In this document: positions 12,701 through 23,832 of the stretch, in pieces | Numbering within the stretch: the stretch's first letter is position 1 | Layout of the letters: every line of letters starts with the position of its first letter | Assembly (NCBI GenBank): GCA_036172245.1 | Contig: JAYWIR010000005.1 | Coordinates: 1-64,000 of the forward strand | DNA from: Raillietiella orientalis | Lineage: Eukaryota | Length of the DNA stretch: 64,000 nucleotides | Direction: 5' to 3' | Notes under the pieces: model-generated | The model's database searches: none | The model's input: only the letters and a program-made list of their open reading frames with translations | Told to the model about the DNA's origin: nothing | Made by a program: the position numbers and the translations under genes

Positions 12701-13789
12701 ATTTTCATACGCAGAATTCTTCAAATCAATTAAGGAATTAACGTGTGCATCATTATCAGTACTGCTGTCGCAACGGATGTATTATTAGCATTTGTTTAGG
12801 TACATATTACTGATATACTTCGTAATTTGTTGACTGGATTATTGATGCGTATACGGAAGCTTATACAAAATGAATATATGCAATAACGTGTACATTTGTA
12901 TACAGATTGATGTACATATTTCTTTTTCCACATATATAAAGTTATTTGTTGATATGGAAACATCAATCGGAAAGACAAAAAAAAAAATCTGGCATTGGAG
13001 AGCGCGGAATTCATCCACGCTGAAAGGTCAGATGTGCCTTCCGAGAGGTGCTGCAGAAGGACGGAAGCCGACCGTTCGCGTCGTCGCTGAGGCCTGTGGG
13101 ACGACCTGTGCTGCTTCACGTGTCGAATCGCCCCATGAGGCACTCCCGTTTGTACACGGCCAGGCGTGACGACATTGTGGAGAACATCAAAACAGCAGCG
13201 GTAGGAACATCAAGATGGGAACCGGTGTGTCCACGAGACAGCGCGTCCCCGGTCTTGGTTCAACCCTGGGACCACACCTGGCACTGCAACAGGATGGTGG
13301 TGCTGGATGCAGCTCGTCCCTTTGAGAATGGAGGAGGATCCCCCAGCATCGCCACGAACAAGAAAGCACCCAAATACCACGATGTTGCCAAGCAGCAACA
13401 TCCAAGGAAAGAGTCGATGCAAAGGTGCTGGCCGTCACCATTGGACCATTGAGAAATTGGGACGCCAGCAACGAAACAAACAGCGCTCCGTGAACTCGAT
13501 GTCATGTTGATGAGATGAGACATCTCATGATCGTTCATCCGCTACGCTCGCGGCATCTCTTGGATGGGCACGTCGGATGACTTCCCAAACCTGCAGCAAC
13601 CTCATGAAGAGGAGCAGCTCTTGGACAGAGAAGAAGACGTCACCGAGATGCACCCTACAGGGCGTCCCGACGAGTGAAACCCTCTGTGGCGTCCCTGGTA
13701 ATGCAACCTCAACGAGCAAGGAGGAAGAGCTCCCTTCTTTATTCGTACCATCGTAGCTGCCAGCTTCGAAAGGAAAACAGGGATGGATT

Positions 13790-15438
13790 ATGGGCAAAGG
13801 TACGTAGAGACACAGGATCGTAAGAGCTGGCCCTCTCTCACGACATAAACTTTTTTTTGGAGTCTCTCTTCGCGAGGAATAGCTGCTTTTTTTTTTCGTC
13901 CAGGGTAGGGCCCTCCTCGAAGAATGCGTTCGCATCCACTTTCTATGCGGCGCTGTTCTAATTGGAATTCTTCCTTCATTCGGTGTGCCCCGACACGAGC
14001 ATCCCTATTAAAATTGTCGCATCTCCTGTGCCATGCTATTCCGTTAGTGGATGTGCGGAAGTCCAGTGCTCGTGCACTCCTGTAGGGACCACAAATCCGG
14101 AGGAAACAGCACCGGTGATCGAACAGTAGCACCGTTGCGTGTCTTCTTGCCCTCCCCTGCACGTAGCTTCTCCACGTAAATTTCTGGAACCAGTCCTTAA
14201 CTTCCTTGGCTTCTTCAGACAAGTGGGGCTTCAGTTGGTCCCCGAGAGCTGCTGGGATTTCATGAGCTGGAAGAGATGCCAGAGCAGGCAAAGGGCGCAT
14301 TTTCGAACTGAAGGTTTCGTCTCCGTTGCATCGCGTGGCCGATCTGCCCACCCGAATTTTCTGCCAAATGCAAATGGAAGAAAATGAATTTTGAAGGCGG
14401 CACCTTGAAATTTTTGATGCCTCGATGGCACCAACGCCAGATCCGCCATTACGGCTTGGGGAAGCTGCGTTGAAATCCATTTTCTTCTGCAAAGTGCACC
14501 AAATCTTCAAGCAGGTGTTGGTAAAGTGGACTCTGCACTTTTCCCAGTCAGCAACGCGCAAACGAGGGGATGCGTTTAAAATTTCCCGATCCAAGAGGAG
14601 CACGAATAGGAACGGAATGATGGAACCCGGCGGGAACAGTTCTGCAGTTGCGTCCATCATGCAGAGCGAAGTGTGTCTTTCTGTGTTCGATTTGGTGCAG
14701 AATAGTAGAAGGATACCTCCTTCGGCAGTCCATTTCCAAACCAATTGTTCACCATTGGGCATGTTTTGTGACACTGAAGAAACCTCTTTCCAACAAGTCT
14801 CCGGTCCAGGAGGCCTTTGAGCTTTTGATTCTTTGGAGAAAGGCGTTTCTTTTTCTTTTTTTTCGGGGTCCGCGAAAGGAATCCGTTGGTCCTGTTCTAA
14901 TAAGTGCCCTCCATCCGCGAGGACCAGGTGTTGGAAGCAGTCTTCTCTCGAGAATTGCCAGTGATCCAAGAGGGATCGTACGACCTAAGGAACCACAGTC
15001 CATTTAACCAGCCATCCGTGGTTTTGCCTTGTTTACAAGCACACGTCTACTGGCGCCGTCGACCGGGTAGGGCCTTCCTCGAAGACAAGCAAGCATGGCC
15101 CTATGTGTGAGGGGACGGAACCCGAACACTCTTCAGTCGTCATTTGGCAGGAGAAATTTCCTGTATTTTTCGCCTGCGTTCCCAGTTCTTCTTTCGTCTT
15201 CGAAGCACTCGCTGCGCTTTCATTTGCAGAGCGGCTGTCTTTCCAAAAGTGCCCACTGGACAGGTTGGTTCCTGCTCGCCCGTGGCGATGGAAAGGTTTC
15301 CTGTTTTTCCGCAGCCCCAGCAACACTTCGCAGCATGGAGAGCACCAGTTGCACTTTTCTCTTTCTCACTGAGTGGGCTCGTACACTGAATTCATTACAG
15401 CCTTTTCGTGAGGGAACATTTCCGCAAACACCTTCCAT
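13790..15438 (-). mobile_element. Decayed Mutator-like (FLYWCH + MULE transposase) DNA transposon pseudogene
   Basis: Starts MEGVCGNVPSRKGCNEFSVR (FLYWCH-type N terminus, ATG at 15438), then HGRAGTNLSSGH..SAASASKTKEELGTQAKNT, then in ORF 13788..14969 LLLFCTKSN..MMDAT, DETFSSKMRPLPALASLPAHEIPAAL..LKPHLSEEAKEVKDWF..YVQGRARR, RTSTNGIAWHRR, EQRRIESGCERILRG. These match animal MULE transposase motifs, with several frameshifts. Confidence 0.8.
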
Positions 15439-16489
15439 GGTGTTGCAAAGACTTCCGAGGAGGAACGCAGCTTTCGACCCAGAGCTCTGCTTCCTGCCAC
15501 GACTGCCGACTTTTGCGCGCCTTCTGGACGGAAGGACCGACTCTGTTGACACAGCACTGGGGTTTTGCTTATCTCGTTCCCCTGGAGAAATCCCCATCCT
15601 GAATATCCCAAACAGGTCTAGCCACAAATTGGTTCTTATTTTGAGCTGAAGATGGAGCTTCTTGGTGAGAAAGAGTGCAAAGGCATCAGAAGAGGATTCA
15701 ATTTCCGGTGCATGCGCACCCCTGAGTGGCCCTTCCAACAAAAAAAAATAGAGAAACTCTCAGTGCAATAGCAGGCAAAGAACCATCTCCATAAGCAACC
15801 CGAGCGTCCAGCGATTCGACTTTCTTTCTATCCCATTTGGATAGCCTTTTTTTTTCCAACGAGAAACGTGGTTTTCGGGATAAAGGCAGTTGGCGTCCAT
15901 CGCCAGGCCAGACTCTAAAAACAGAGTAGACGGTCGTGGAATTCGGCCAACTCCTTTGGACGACCACCGTGCCATTGTCCGGAATCCTGAGAAAGCAAAT
16001 GCAGGTGACCCCAACTTGCGAGGAAGGAACCTTGCATGACACCCAGCATCCCCTAAGAACTCCCTGCTGCTGTAGACCCATCACCGCTTGGAAAAGTATC
16101 GGAAGCTGAAAAACGGAGCTGCCTTTCCATCGTTGAACAGGGAAGACGGTGGGGCACTTCGGCGGAGACTGCGAAACCTGCGCGCCCGATAGGGCCCGTC
16201 GACCGAAACCCTGCCGGCTTCCGGGACTTCGCGGCCAGCGGGGTTCCTTGGAGACGGAGCTGGAAGCCTTCCCGAACGTGACTTTGAGGGATTTGGATTG
16301 ACATCCACTTGTGTTGGAGCGTTTATTTATAAAGAATAAACACACAAGTCAGGACAGGACGCTTGGTCCTGCCACGTTACAAATGTAACCATGGGGACCT
16401 GCTAGAGCCGGCGCGCAGGCCAGCGAAGTCCTCCTCGGCAGTAGAGGGGGAGGGGGACGAAGAAAAAGAACAAGAAAACAGAAAATATT

Positions 16490-17360
16490 TATGCAGAAAA
16501 TTGGGAGGTTCGGGAAGGGGTCACACGCTGCTGGAGGGAGTCCTCTACATCCTTGTAAGAACGCCGTCAAGTTCCTGTTTTACTGTTCCTAGATGGGGCC
16601 ATCTTGACGCTGTCCTCAAAAAGAGGACCGCATAATACATGGCGTCCCTGTCGTTCTGGCTTCCTCTGGCGTTGCTCCATGCAACCACGGTCCCGCTGCA
16701 TGGGCAGCAAAGTGCTGCTAGGGATGCGGCCTGCCGGCGTAAGGGCGTCGAGCAGGAAGAGGCTCTTGAATACATGTCTCTGGGGTTGCCGCCAGGCGTT
16801 CCAACTGTCGCGGAAAAGCGTCCCGAAATGGGCCGGAGAGCAACACAGTCCACTAGGTGGAGCGGGAGGGATTCCTGTTCCCTGCTCCTTGCACAGTTTG
16901 GATCGACACACCCTCGTGTCCAATGATGCCGATGGGCGTTGCACGGGAGGCCCCAGTGCAGCAGCATCAACGCCGATTGCTGCCACTTTAAAAACAGGGT
17001 GCGGATGTTCGTGAGCACCAGGGCCACTGCAGGTCTTCCTTCGGAATACCCAGCAGCACGCCCCAGCGCAAAAGTCCATGCGGTCGAGCACTCGGGGTCA
17101 CAGCGTCAGTCAGCTGGCCCGTCGTCCACCTGCCCAATCCTTTCCTCCTTCCGGAGATTTCCACAGTAACCTTCCGTCTAGCCGTGAGGCTGTTGCCCAT
17201 ATGCTCCCTAAGGGAGAGCAGCCTGGTGGCCCGGTGAGAGAGGTTCTGCTTGCCCACGCACTCTTCGCGGGTTCTTCCAGGACCTCCCGGAGCGAGCTGT
17301 TGTTGTTGCGCACGTACAGCAAACGTAGCACCTGTTCCTCGCCTGTCTCCTGGATCCCGC
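16490..17360 (-). mobile_element. Decayed R4-type non-LTR retrotransposon fragment (post-RT, CCHC knuckle, start of endonuclease)
   Basis: GIQETGEEQVLRLLYVRNNNSSLREVL, then DTRVCRSKLCKEQ..SGLCC..GTLFRDSWNA..VFKSLF (cf. CRLC..E.I.H..SGC..LA...Y..RHNAV). Confidence 0.6.
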
Positions 17361-17361
17361 A

Positions 17362-17515
17362 CAAGAGGAACAAGAATAGGAGGAAGAGGAGGAGGAACAA
17401 TAAGAACAAGAAGAGAAACAGGAGGTGGAGGAGAAACAAAAAGAATTAGAATAAGAAGAGAAAGAGGAAAAATAAGGAGGGACAAGAATAATGAGAAGAG
17501 GTGGAAGAAGAACAG
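17362..17515 (+). repeat. Degenerate purine-rich triplet microsatellite (AAG/AGG/AAT)
   Basis: Seen directly: aagaggaacaagaataggaggaagaggaggaggaacaataagaacaagaag... Confidence 0.85.
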
Positions 17516-17739
17516 CGACGACATGATTTCCGCCGCACTTCCAAGAAGATGTGGACGGCACTGTGGTCCTCGTACGCACGGCACGTGGCTTCCAGCATCG
17601 AAAGAAGGAGGGGAGAGGGCGTTAGCGTTCGCATGGGAGGCTGACATCGGTATGAGGATGAAGGTCTTTGGCTGTTTCCTCCGGATGCTGTAGGATCTTC
17701 CCACCACCGTTTTTTTTTTCTTTCCGAAAGGGGCACGAT

Positions 17740-18310
17740 GAATCCTGGGAGTCCTGAAAGTGTTCCAGAGACCTCCGTCGACTAGACAGGATTGGAAATC
17801 TACCTTCCGGGGTCCTTCCAAGAATCAAAGAGCCCTTCTGGGTTCCCCTTCCGGTTGGGAACTCAGAAGGGGGTTGTCATGGAACTGGTTGACACTCCGT
17901 TCGGGGGATTGCCTCTCGAGAATGTCAACAAGCACCCTTGCTCCCCTCGGGGTCCTCTTCAGAGAAGGAGGAAACGAGGAGCGATTCCCTTGCGGGGGTT
18001 TCCTCTGGAGAATAAATTCTAGGAGCGAATCCTTTCCGGCTTCCCTTCGGAGAGAAGATAATGGAGCGGCCCCTCTTCTCTGAAAGGGGCCCCCCGGGGA
18101 GAATGAGGAAGAGGTGGTTCCCTTCGGGGTAGGAGGGAGGTACGGACTCCTTCCTCCCCCGGAACCCTTCCTGGATTCATGGAGTGGTCCATTCCCGGAG
18201 TTGTGCCCTATAGTGAAGAGTTACTGCAAGCACCCTCCGGTAGCGCGGGCAGCGTTCAAGAGCAACGTGAGACCCCGCCTGGAGGGAGACAAGCGGTCCT
18301 TCAGCACCTC
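17740..18310 (+). mobile_element. SINE family copy, 5'-truncated
   Basis: Shares body motifs (gggtcctcttcagagaaggaggaaac, gaggaagaggtggttcccttcgggg, ccttcctggattcat) and the 3' block (gaagagttac..caccctccggtagcgcgggcag..gcggtccttcagcac) with the other copies. Confidence 0.75.
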
Positions 18311-19789
18311 CGCTTTCCGCCTGGCAAGTAGCGCTCTGCAACGGTCGTGTCTGGCACGGCTGCCCCGTCAACGCGTGCTGTGTGAATGGATGATGCTTGA
18401 GGCTCCTGCCGCTCCAGGGATCGAGAGCTGTTCCCATCCGGGAGGATGGGGTTGGGAATCGGGCGATCATTCCTGGAAGGGATCGTTTCGTTGCGGAGGA
18501 AGCGGTACCGCGGAGTTCGGACAGGAGCAACGCTTGGAAAGCGGCGAGCATCCCGTGCAGAGTGACGCCCAAGCAGTCCCGATCCTGGATGGAAAAAGGG
18601 GGGGGGGGCTGCTTTTCCTTTCCGTGCGGGGATCGTGGCCAAGTCTCCCTCTTCGGTCCCATTCGGTCCGCGAACATCCTTGGGAGTCTGGTCATCCTCG
18701 ACGCGGTAGGCAAACACCCGTTACCAGAAGGACACCCGTAAACCTGCTGGCGCGTAGACCGTCGTGCCAACGTATGCAGGCGTGGTCGCGCGCAAAAGCG
18801 CATCGACCACGCGTTTCCGGAGCAACGGATGACGCTGGCGATCCCCCTTCTCGAAGGGGAACTCCGGGGAAGCGTTTCCTCTTCCCGAAGCCGCTGCTGC
18901 CGGTTCCTCGCACCTGCGAAGGATCGACCTCTTCCGGGATGGAAGACTCCCCGCCGGCGATGCACGCATCTCTCCGCCTTCTCGACTTTCTTCTCTTACC
19001 TGAAACATCGCGATCTCGTCGGCCGGACGTCTAGCGACCGTCTTTCGCGGAGGGTGAAAACCTTCCGTTCGGTCCGGACTCGCGTGACCTGGGGTCGCCG
19101 GGAGCTCCAACTCCTAACTGCCTGGCTCCTCGAATCTTCGTGCAATTTGGAACGCTTCGTTCACCCCCATGGAAACGCAGCCGCTGGAAACGGACTGACG
19201 GAGGGACGCGGAGGCGACCGCGAAGTCGTTCCGCCTTCCACGCTCTTCACTCGTTCCTCGCCTCCGGTTTATCCTTTACGTTCGCCCCTGCATTCCGCAT
19301 TTCTTTCCAGGGTGCTTCCCGAACCGGGAGGTGGTGGGAGCTTCGGCAGCTGCTCCTTGCTAGGGGACGGTGATGGGTGGGCGATCGCAAGACTCGAGCG
19401 ATCTCTCCTCTCCCTGCATCTCCTGCGGGGGCGTTTCCTCTTCCAAGAATCCTGCTGACGCCGACTTCCTTCCGGTTCGCGGAAGCTCCTGCGAACCACA
19501 ATCGAGGAACCCAACTCCGGTGCGGAAGACCCTACGCGCTGCTGTCCACCGGGTTCTTGCAGCTCCCCCCGCCCTTTTGGTAGCTCCCTCGGCGGACGGC
19601 CCAGTTTATCCCGTTCGCCCACCGGGGGGTGGCGATTCTTTCTGCGGATCCGCTCTTTCTGCCGGTCCGGTTTTGGCCACTTTGTGATGAACTACTTCGA
19701 TGCTCCGGATGATGCGACGTCGATGGCTATCCGTTGGCTGCCCTCGGCTTTTTTTTTCTTGTTTTCGATTGTTTCTCATTCCACATTTC

Positions 19790-20100
19790 CTTCCCACCCA
19801 CCCCTGCTGGACAGAAAGTCTTCTTTCTCCGGAAACCTGCGGATTTGGGATGAATCGGCAGATCTCTTCTCGGGACCAGTTCGGTGGTGGTTGACGGGTC
19901 TTCCTTGAGGCCGCTGTTCGGTTTGTGGCGGTAGGGACAGCAATGCAAAGTTCCCGGGTAATCGCTGCGTCATCCTTTCAGGCTCGAACTTCTGGCGCAC
20001 CGAGGCGATTCCTTGCGACGGAACGGGAGCAGGAAGAAAAGGACGGTCACGGCAGCGATGGAACCTGCCTTGCGGCATGGCGACCTTCGACTTCGAGCTC
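19790..20100 (-). mobile_element. Possible decayed R4-type fragment (RT thumb region)
   Basis: LPIHPKSAGFRRKKTFCPAGVGG resembles HPKS..RLY.P...GGRG. Very degenerate. Confidence 0.4.
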
Positions 20101-20685
20101 GGGAAAGGACCTCCTCAGGCAGCAGCTGCCAAGTGCTGCGCGCTTCGCACAAGTGTTCGAGTGAAAGCCGCAAGACCGTGGACTCGCTGCCCGTTGCATC
20201 CAGCATCCGGGATGGCACCAGTTCAGAGTGGAGCGGAAGGGAGATGTGACCTCTGACAAAGTGACGTCGAGAGTTCGCCGTCGAGAACTCCGCCCGGGTT
20301 TCGACAAGTCCGCACCCCGGCGAACGAAGCACGACCACGCATCCCGTGTGGCAAGCGGCGCCTCAAGACCCAGACTGATTCGTACAACGACCGTCCTGCA
20401 ACTGACCAGCGTCAAGAGGAACTCTCGACTCACACGTATTCACACACTGCCGCTGGCACGCAAGCAGCAAATGGGTCGGAGGTCTCCGTCGCAGCTCAGC
20501 GATGAGTCCTACGTGGAAGTCCCCGCTCACAGCCGAAGCATCTCTGTGACGCTGAACTCGGAGAAGAGCCATCCGTCACGCTAGTCATGTGACTAAGCAG
20601 AGGAGAAATCATCTCCGTTTTTCGTGCTGAACATCCAACGCCAAATGAGGATCAAAAGGAAAATGCTTTGCTCGAGTCGCACCCC

Positions 20686-21223
20686 ATGGGTTTGATTGCA
20701 CCGGAAATCTTCAAGCCGATTTCCATGGCAGCAAACGGAAAACCGTTAGCTGATCCTTCGCCCCTTCATCCCACCTTCGGTAGGATTCAGGAAATCCCCA
20801 CTCGATCTCAACTGAAGCCTTTGTTCCTGCGATTTCCTTCAGAGTCAACGTGGAAAGCTGAAAACCAATCAAATTCGATCTCGAAATTCAAACCTCGTAA
20901 TCCGATCTTTCCCCGCCAGTGTGCAGCATCAATTTCCGATGCTTGACAGGAAGCTCGGCCGATGAGGCGTTTTTCTCGGCACGTGAGGAGAGCGAAATCG
21001 AAATGCACATCTTCACCGAGGCTTCAACCTTGCTCTATGGGCATCCTGAGGAAAACGACAGCACAAATCCCCAGGGGTCTGTGCCAAGGACAGATAGTCA
21101 TCTCTGAGTACCACTTACTGCCCTCGTGCACCTGTCACTTTCCAGCTGCGACCCTGGTGACGAACCACGCTGACCCAAAGTGCACGTCAGAAAACTCCAT
21201 GAAAAGCGAAATTGCCATTAGAG
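20686..21223 (+). CDS. Putative uncharacterised multi-exon gene, first four exons (probably continues downstream)
   Basis: ATG at 20686. Exons 20686-20779, 20843-20896, 20950-21096 and 21146-21223 join in frame through GT-AG introns of 63, 53 and 49 nt (all phase 1), matching the short-intron size class of the peroxidase gene. The product includes ..KFKPRSSADEAFFSAREESEIEMH.. and has no recognisable domain. Confidence 0.45.
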
Positions 21224-22959
21224 GTACGAAATGTGCCAGCAGCAACGCAACTCTATCGGACAGGGACGGCACAACTAGTAGGATTGCCGACTGTGGACCC
21301 AGCAACAGTGATATGGAGGAAATGCATGGGTGATTCACTTCGATGGACCGCTTCTTCGGATGAGACACTCGTTGTTGTTAATAGGTTCGATAAGAAAGAA
21401 GAAACCAAACTTACCTTCCCCTCAAGGCCACTGCTGTTGGTGCGAAGGCAGGTTCGAAAAACCACCCACGCGAGCTACTTGGAAAGCCTCTGATTTCTAG
21501 GTTTTCCAAAGCTCCGAGCCATTCATCCCTCTCAAGTATCGCTGCCTGCCATGGTCATCATGCATACATGATTACGTCGAGGTTAAATGCAGCCGAAAAG
21601 GATAGCTCTGTTTATTCACAATGGTTGAATATGATGCGATTTCATCAAAGGTGACGGTGGATTTCCTCAAGCGTGTAACTGGTCAAGTCGCTTCCAGGAA
21701 AATCCAGGAAGATCGCTTTCTTCCATTTACAAGGCTTACGTTTGGAGATTGCCTTAGTTTGGGGCTAGCCAATTCCGATATCATGCAAATCCACAGATCC
21801 ACTTGCATTCTTTATGCCGTCGTTGCGTCAGCGTCCGAAATCAAATTTGATAAGAGTGACATGCTGCCTGAGGGGGAGCCAGATGGTCAAACAACATCGA
21901 TGTGCGCTGCTGGCGATTTCCTGTAAAATGTAAACATCCTATCATCATATTTACACAGTGGGCAAGGTAAGCAAAAAATTCAATCTGGCGTTGCCAGTCA
22001 GTCATCTTTTTTTTTTTTTTTAGTCGAAAGAAATCAGCGGTTCTTCAGCTGCTCATTCACTGTTGGCGTTGGCGCTCACTCCAAGACTATTTGATGGCTC
22101 CTTGCCCAAGTGTTGGAAAGTTGTATTAGGCACTGATGCTTTCAAATCGTGGTCGGGAAGGAAAAGCAGCACAGCGACTTTTTCGCAGGAGATGCACCTA
22201 TTTTCACGGTACTGTTACCTCTGCTTTGTACTGATGACGTGACGATAGCTGATAGCAACACAGGGGTCATGATGCAATACAGATGATGATTGTATTTTAC
22301 TGTCCAGGAAGAATGCTGAAATCCCCCACAATGATGATGAATGATCCCCCATTAACAATCACGCGAGTGCTCCATGTGTGCAAAGACAAATTAGTGGGGG
22401 GAGGGGGGAAGGGAGGGAGAGCCTTGCATGAAATTACCAACATACGGAATGTTAACCGCAGAGCCTTCACACCAGAAAAAGGAAATCATCAGCCTTCGCT
22501 GCTTATTGGGCCCCACACTTCGTGTTGCCTCGTTAATGACAGTCTTTGAAGAACATCGAGCTGTATATCCTGCCTTGTAAGGACAAAGTGAACAACGGCA
22601 CAAACAAGCAGAGTAAAAGAAAGTAAACAGATTAAGTAAACAAAGCAACGGATTAAACAGATACATTCAGGCTGGCGATTTTCAGTTTCATATGAATGAT
22701 TGTTTTTCAAAATCATTCTGCTTGGGTCAGAAAACGCGGTCATCTAGAATTTCAGGTTGTTTGATGACCTGCCGTCATTTCCGGCGCATAGTGGTTCCTA
22801 ACCGAATGCAGTGACCATTTGGACACATCCGTTTTGCCGCTTCCCCTGTGTGTTTGCATTTCCAGGAATCACTTTGTGGTTTGGTGAGAAGGGATCATGT
22901 TTCAGCGGATTTTATCTACACGTGTTGCGAATTCCGCGGACATTCTTTCTTCAGAGGGG

Positions 22960-23370
22960 AGAGGGGGGGGGGAATCCGGACTGTGTCAGATGTCGGGTAA
23001 GGGAATCCCTCCCCCACCTTTGGACTGTGTTGCCTTCCGGCCCCTATGGAACGCTTTGCGGCGGCCCTGGGAACCCTCGGAGGCAACTCCAGGGACGCTC
23101 TTAAATCCCTGTTCGTTCGCGACGCTTTTCGGCCAGTGGCCTCCCTAACAGCCTTGTGCTGCCTACGCGGGATGGCCGCAGGAGTAGAGCAACGGAAGGA
23201 CCCAACGACAGGGATGCCATCCATTTCGCCGTCCAATTCATCAGGATGGCAACGAGATGGCAACCCCACCTGGACAGAAATATCCAGAAAGACCTTGCCA
23301 ACATCCTAGAGAGGATGGACCGGACTACCACCAGCGGACAGTGATTACTTTCCGAACCCTCCCCCCCCCC
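22960..23370 (+). mobile_element. Possible decayed RTE-like LINE 3' coding fragment
   Basis: GC-rich insert in AT-richer DNA. PLDCVAFRPLWNALRRPW..LCCLRGMAAGVEQRKD..GWQRDGNPTWTEI/NIQKDLANI resembles RL..F..CLRRIL..RLRWAGHV.R..R..GRP..TW...I..DL. Confidence 0.45.
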
Positions 23371-23694
23371 CTTAATAAAGTATTTATTTTTTATTTTTGT
23401 TTGCCCCCTCCTCTCTGCTGCTGTGGTGGACCAGGTTGGTCTGCGAACCGACGAACCGGCAGGTCTCTTTTAAATTGAGCATGGTTGGAATACCGGTCCA
23501 ACCACGATGTTTCTTGTATTAAGTTTGCTGGAAAATAAACGCCCCTGCTCACCCGGGTGAAAATCGGACATTCTTTCTTCGATATGGCACACATTCATTG
23601 CTGGAGAGTGCATTTGCTATGGGAAGATGATTCAAAGCTGAAAAATTTCCGAAGGCTCTTGTTCTGCTGAAGCTTCCGATAGATCGTCAATATC

Positions 23695-23832
23695 GCTCTT
23701 GGTTGTTCTTTTAACCGAATACACCAACGTATGACAAAATCCAGCAGCCAGGCAAAAGACTGGAAACTAGCTGCTGGATTTTGTCATACGTTGATTTATT
23801 CGGTTACCACGGTTAAAAGAACAACCAAGAGC
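23695..23832. repeat. Long inverted repeat / hairpin (about 140 bp)
   Basis: gctcttggttgttcttttaaccg pairs perfectly with cggttaaaagaacaaccaagagc, and caacgtatgacaaaatccagcagc pairs perfectly with gctgctggattttgtcatacgttg. The central loop is about 15-20 nt. Confidence 0.92.

Noticed and set aside
18230..18600. R4-type protein similarity on the minus strand running into the SINE 3' block
   Set aside because: 18230-18310 is explained by the SINE 3' end. The remaining similarity (18310-18600) is suggestive but too weak to call by eye.
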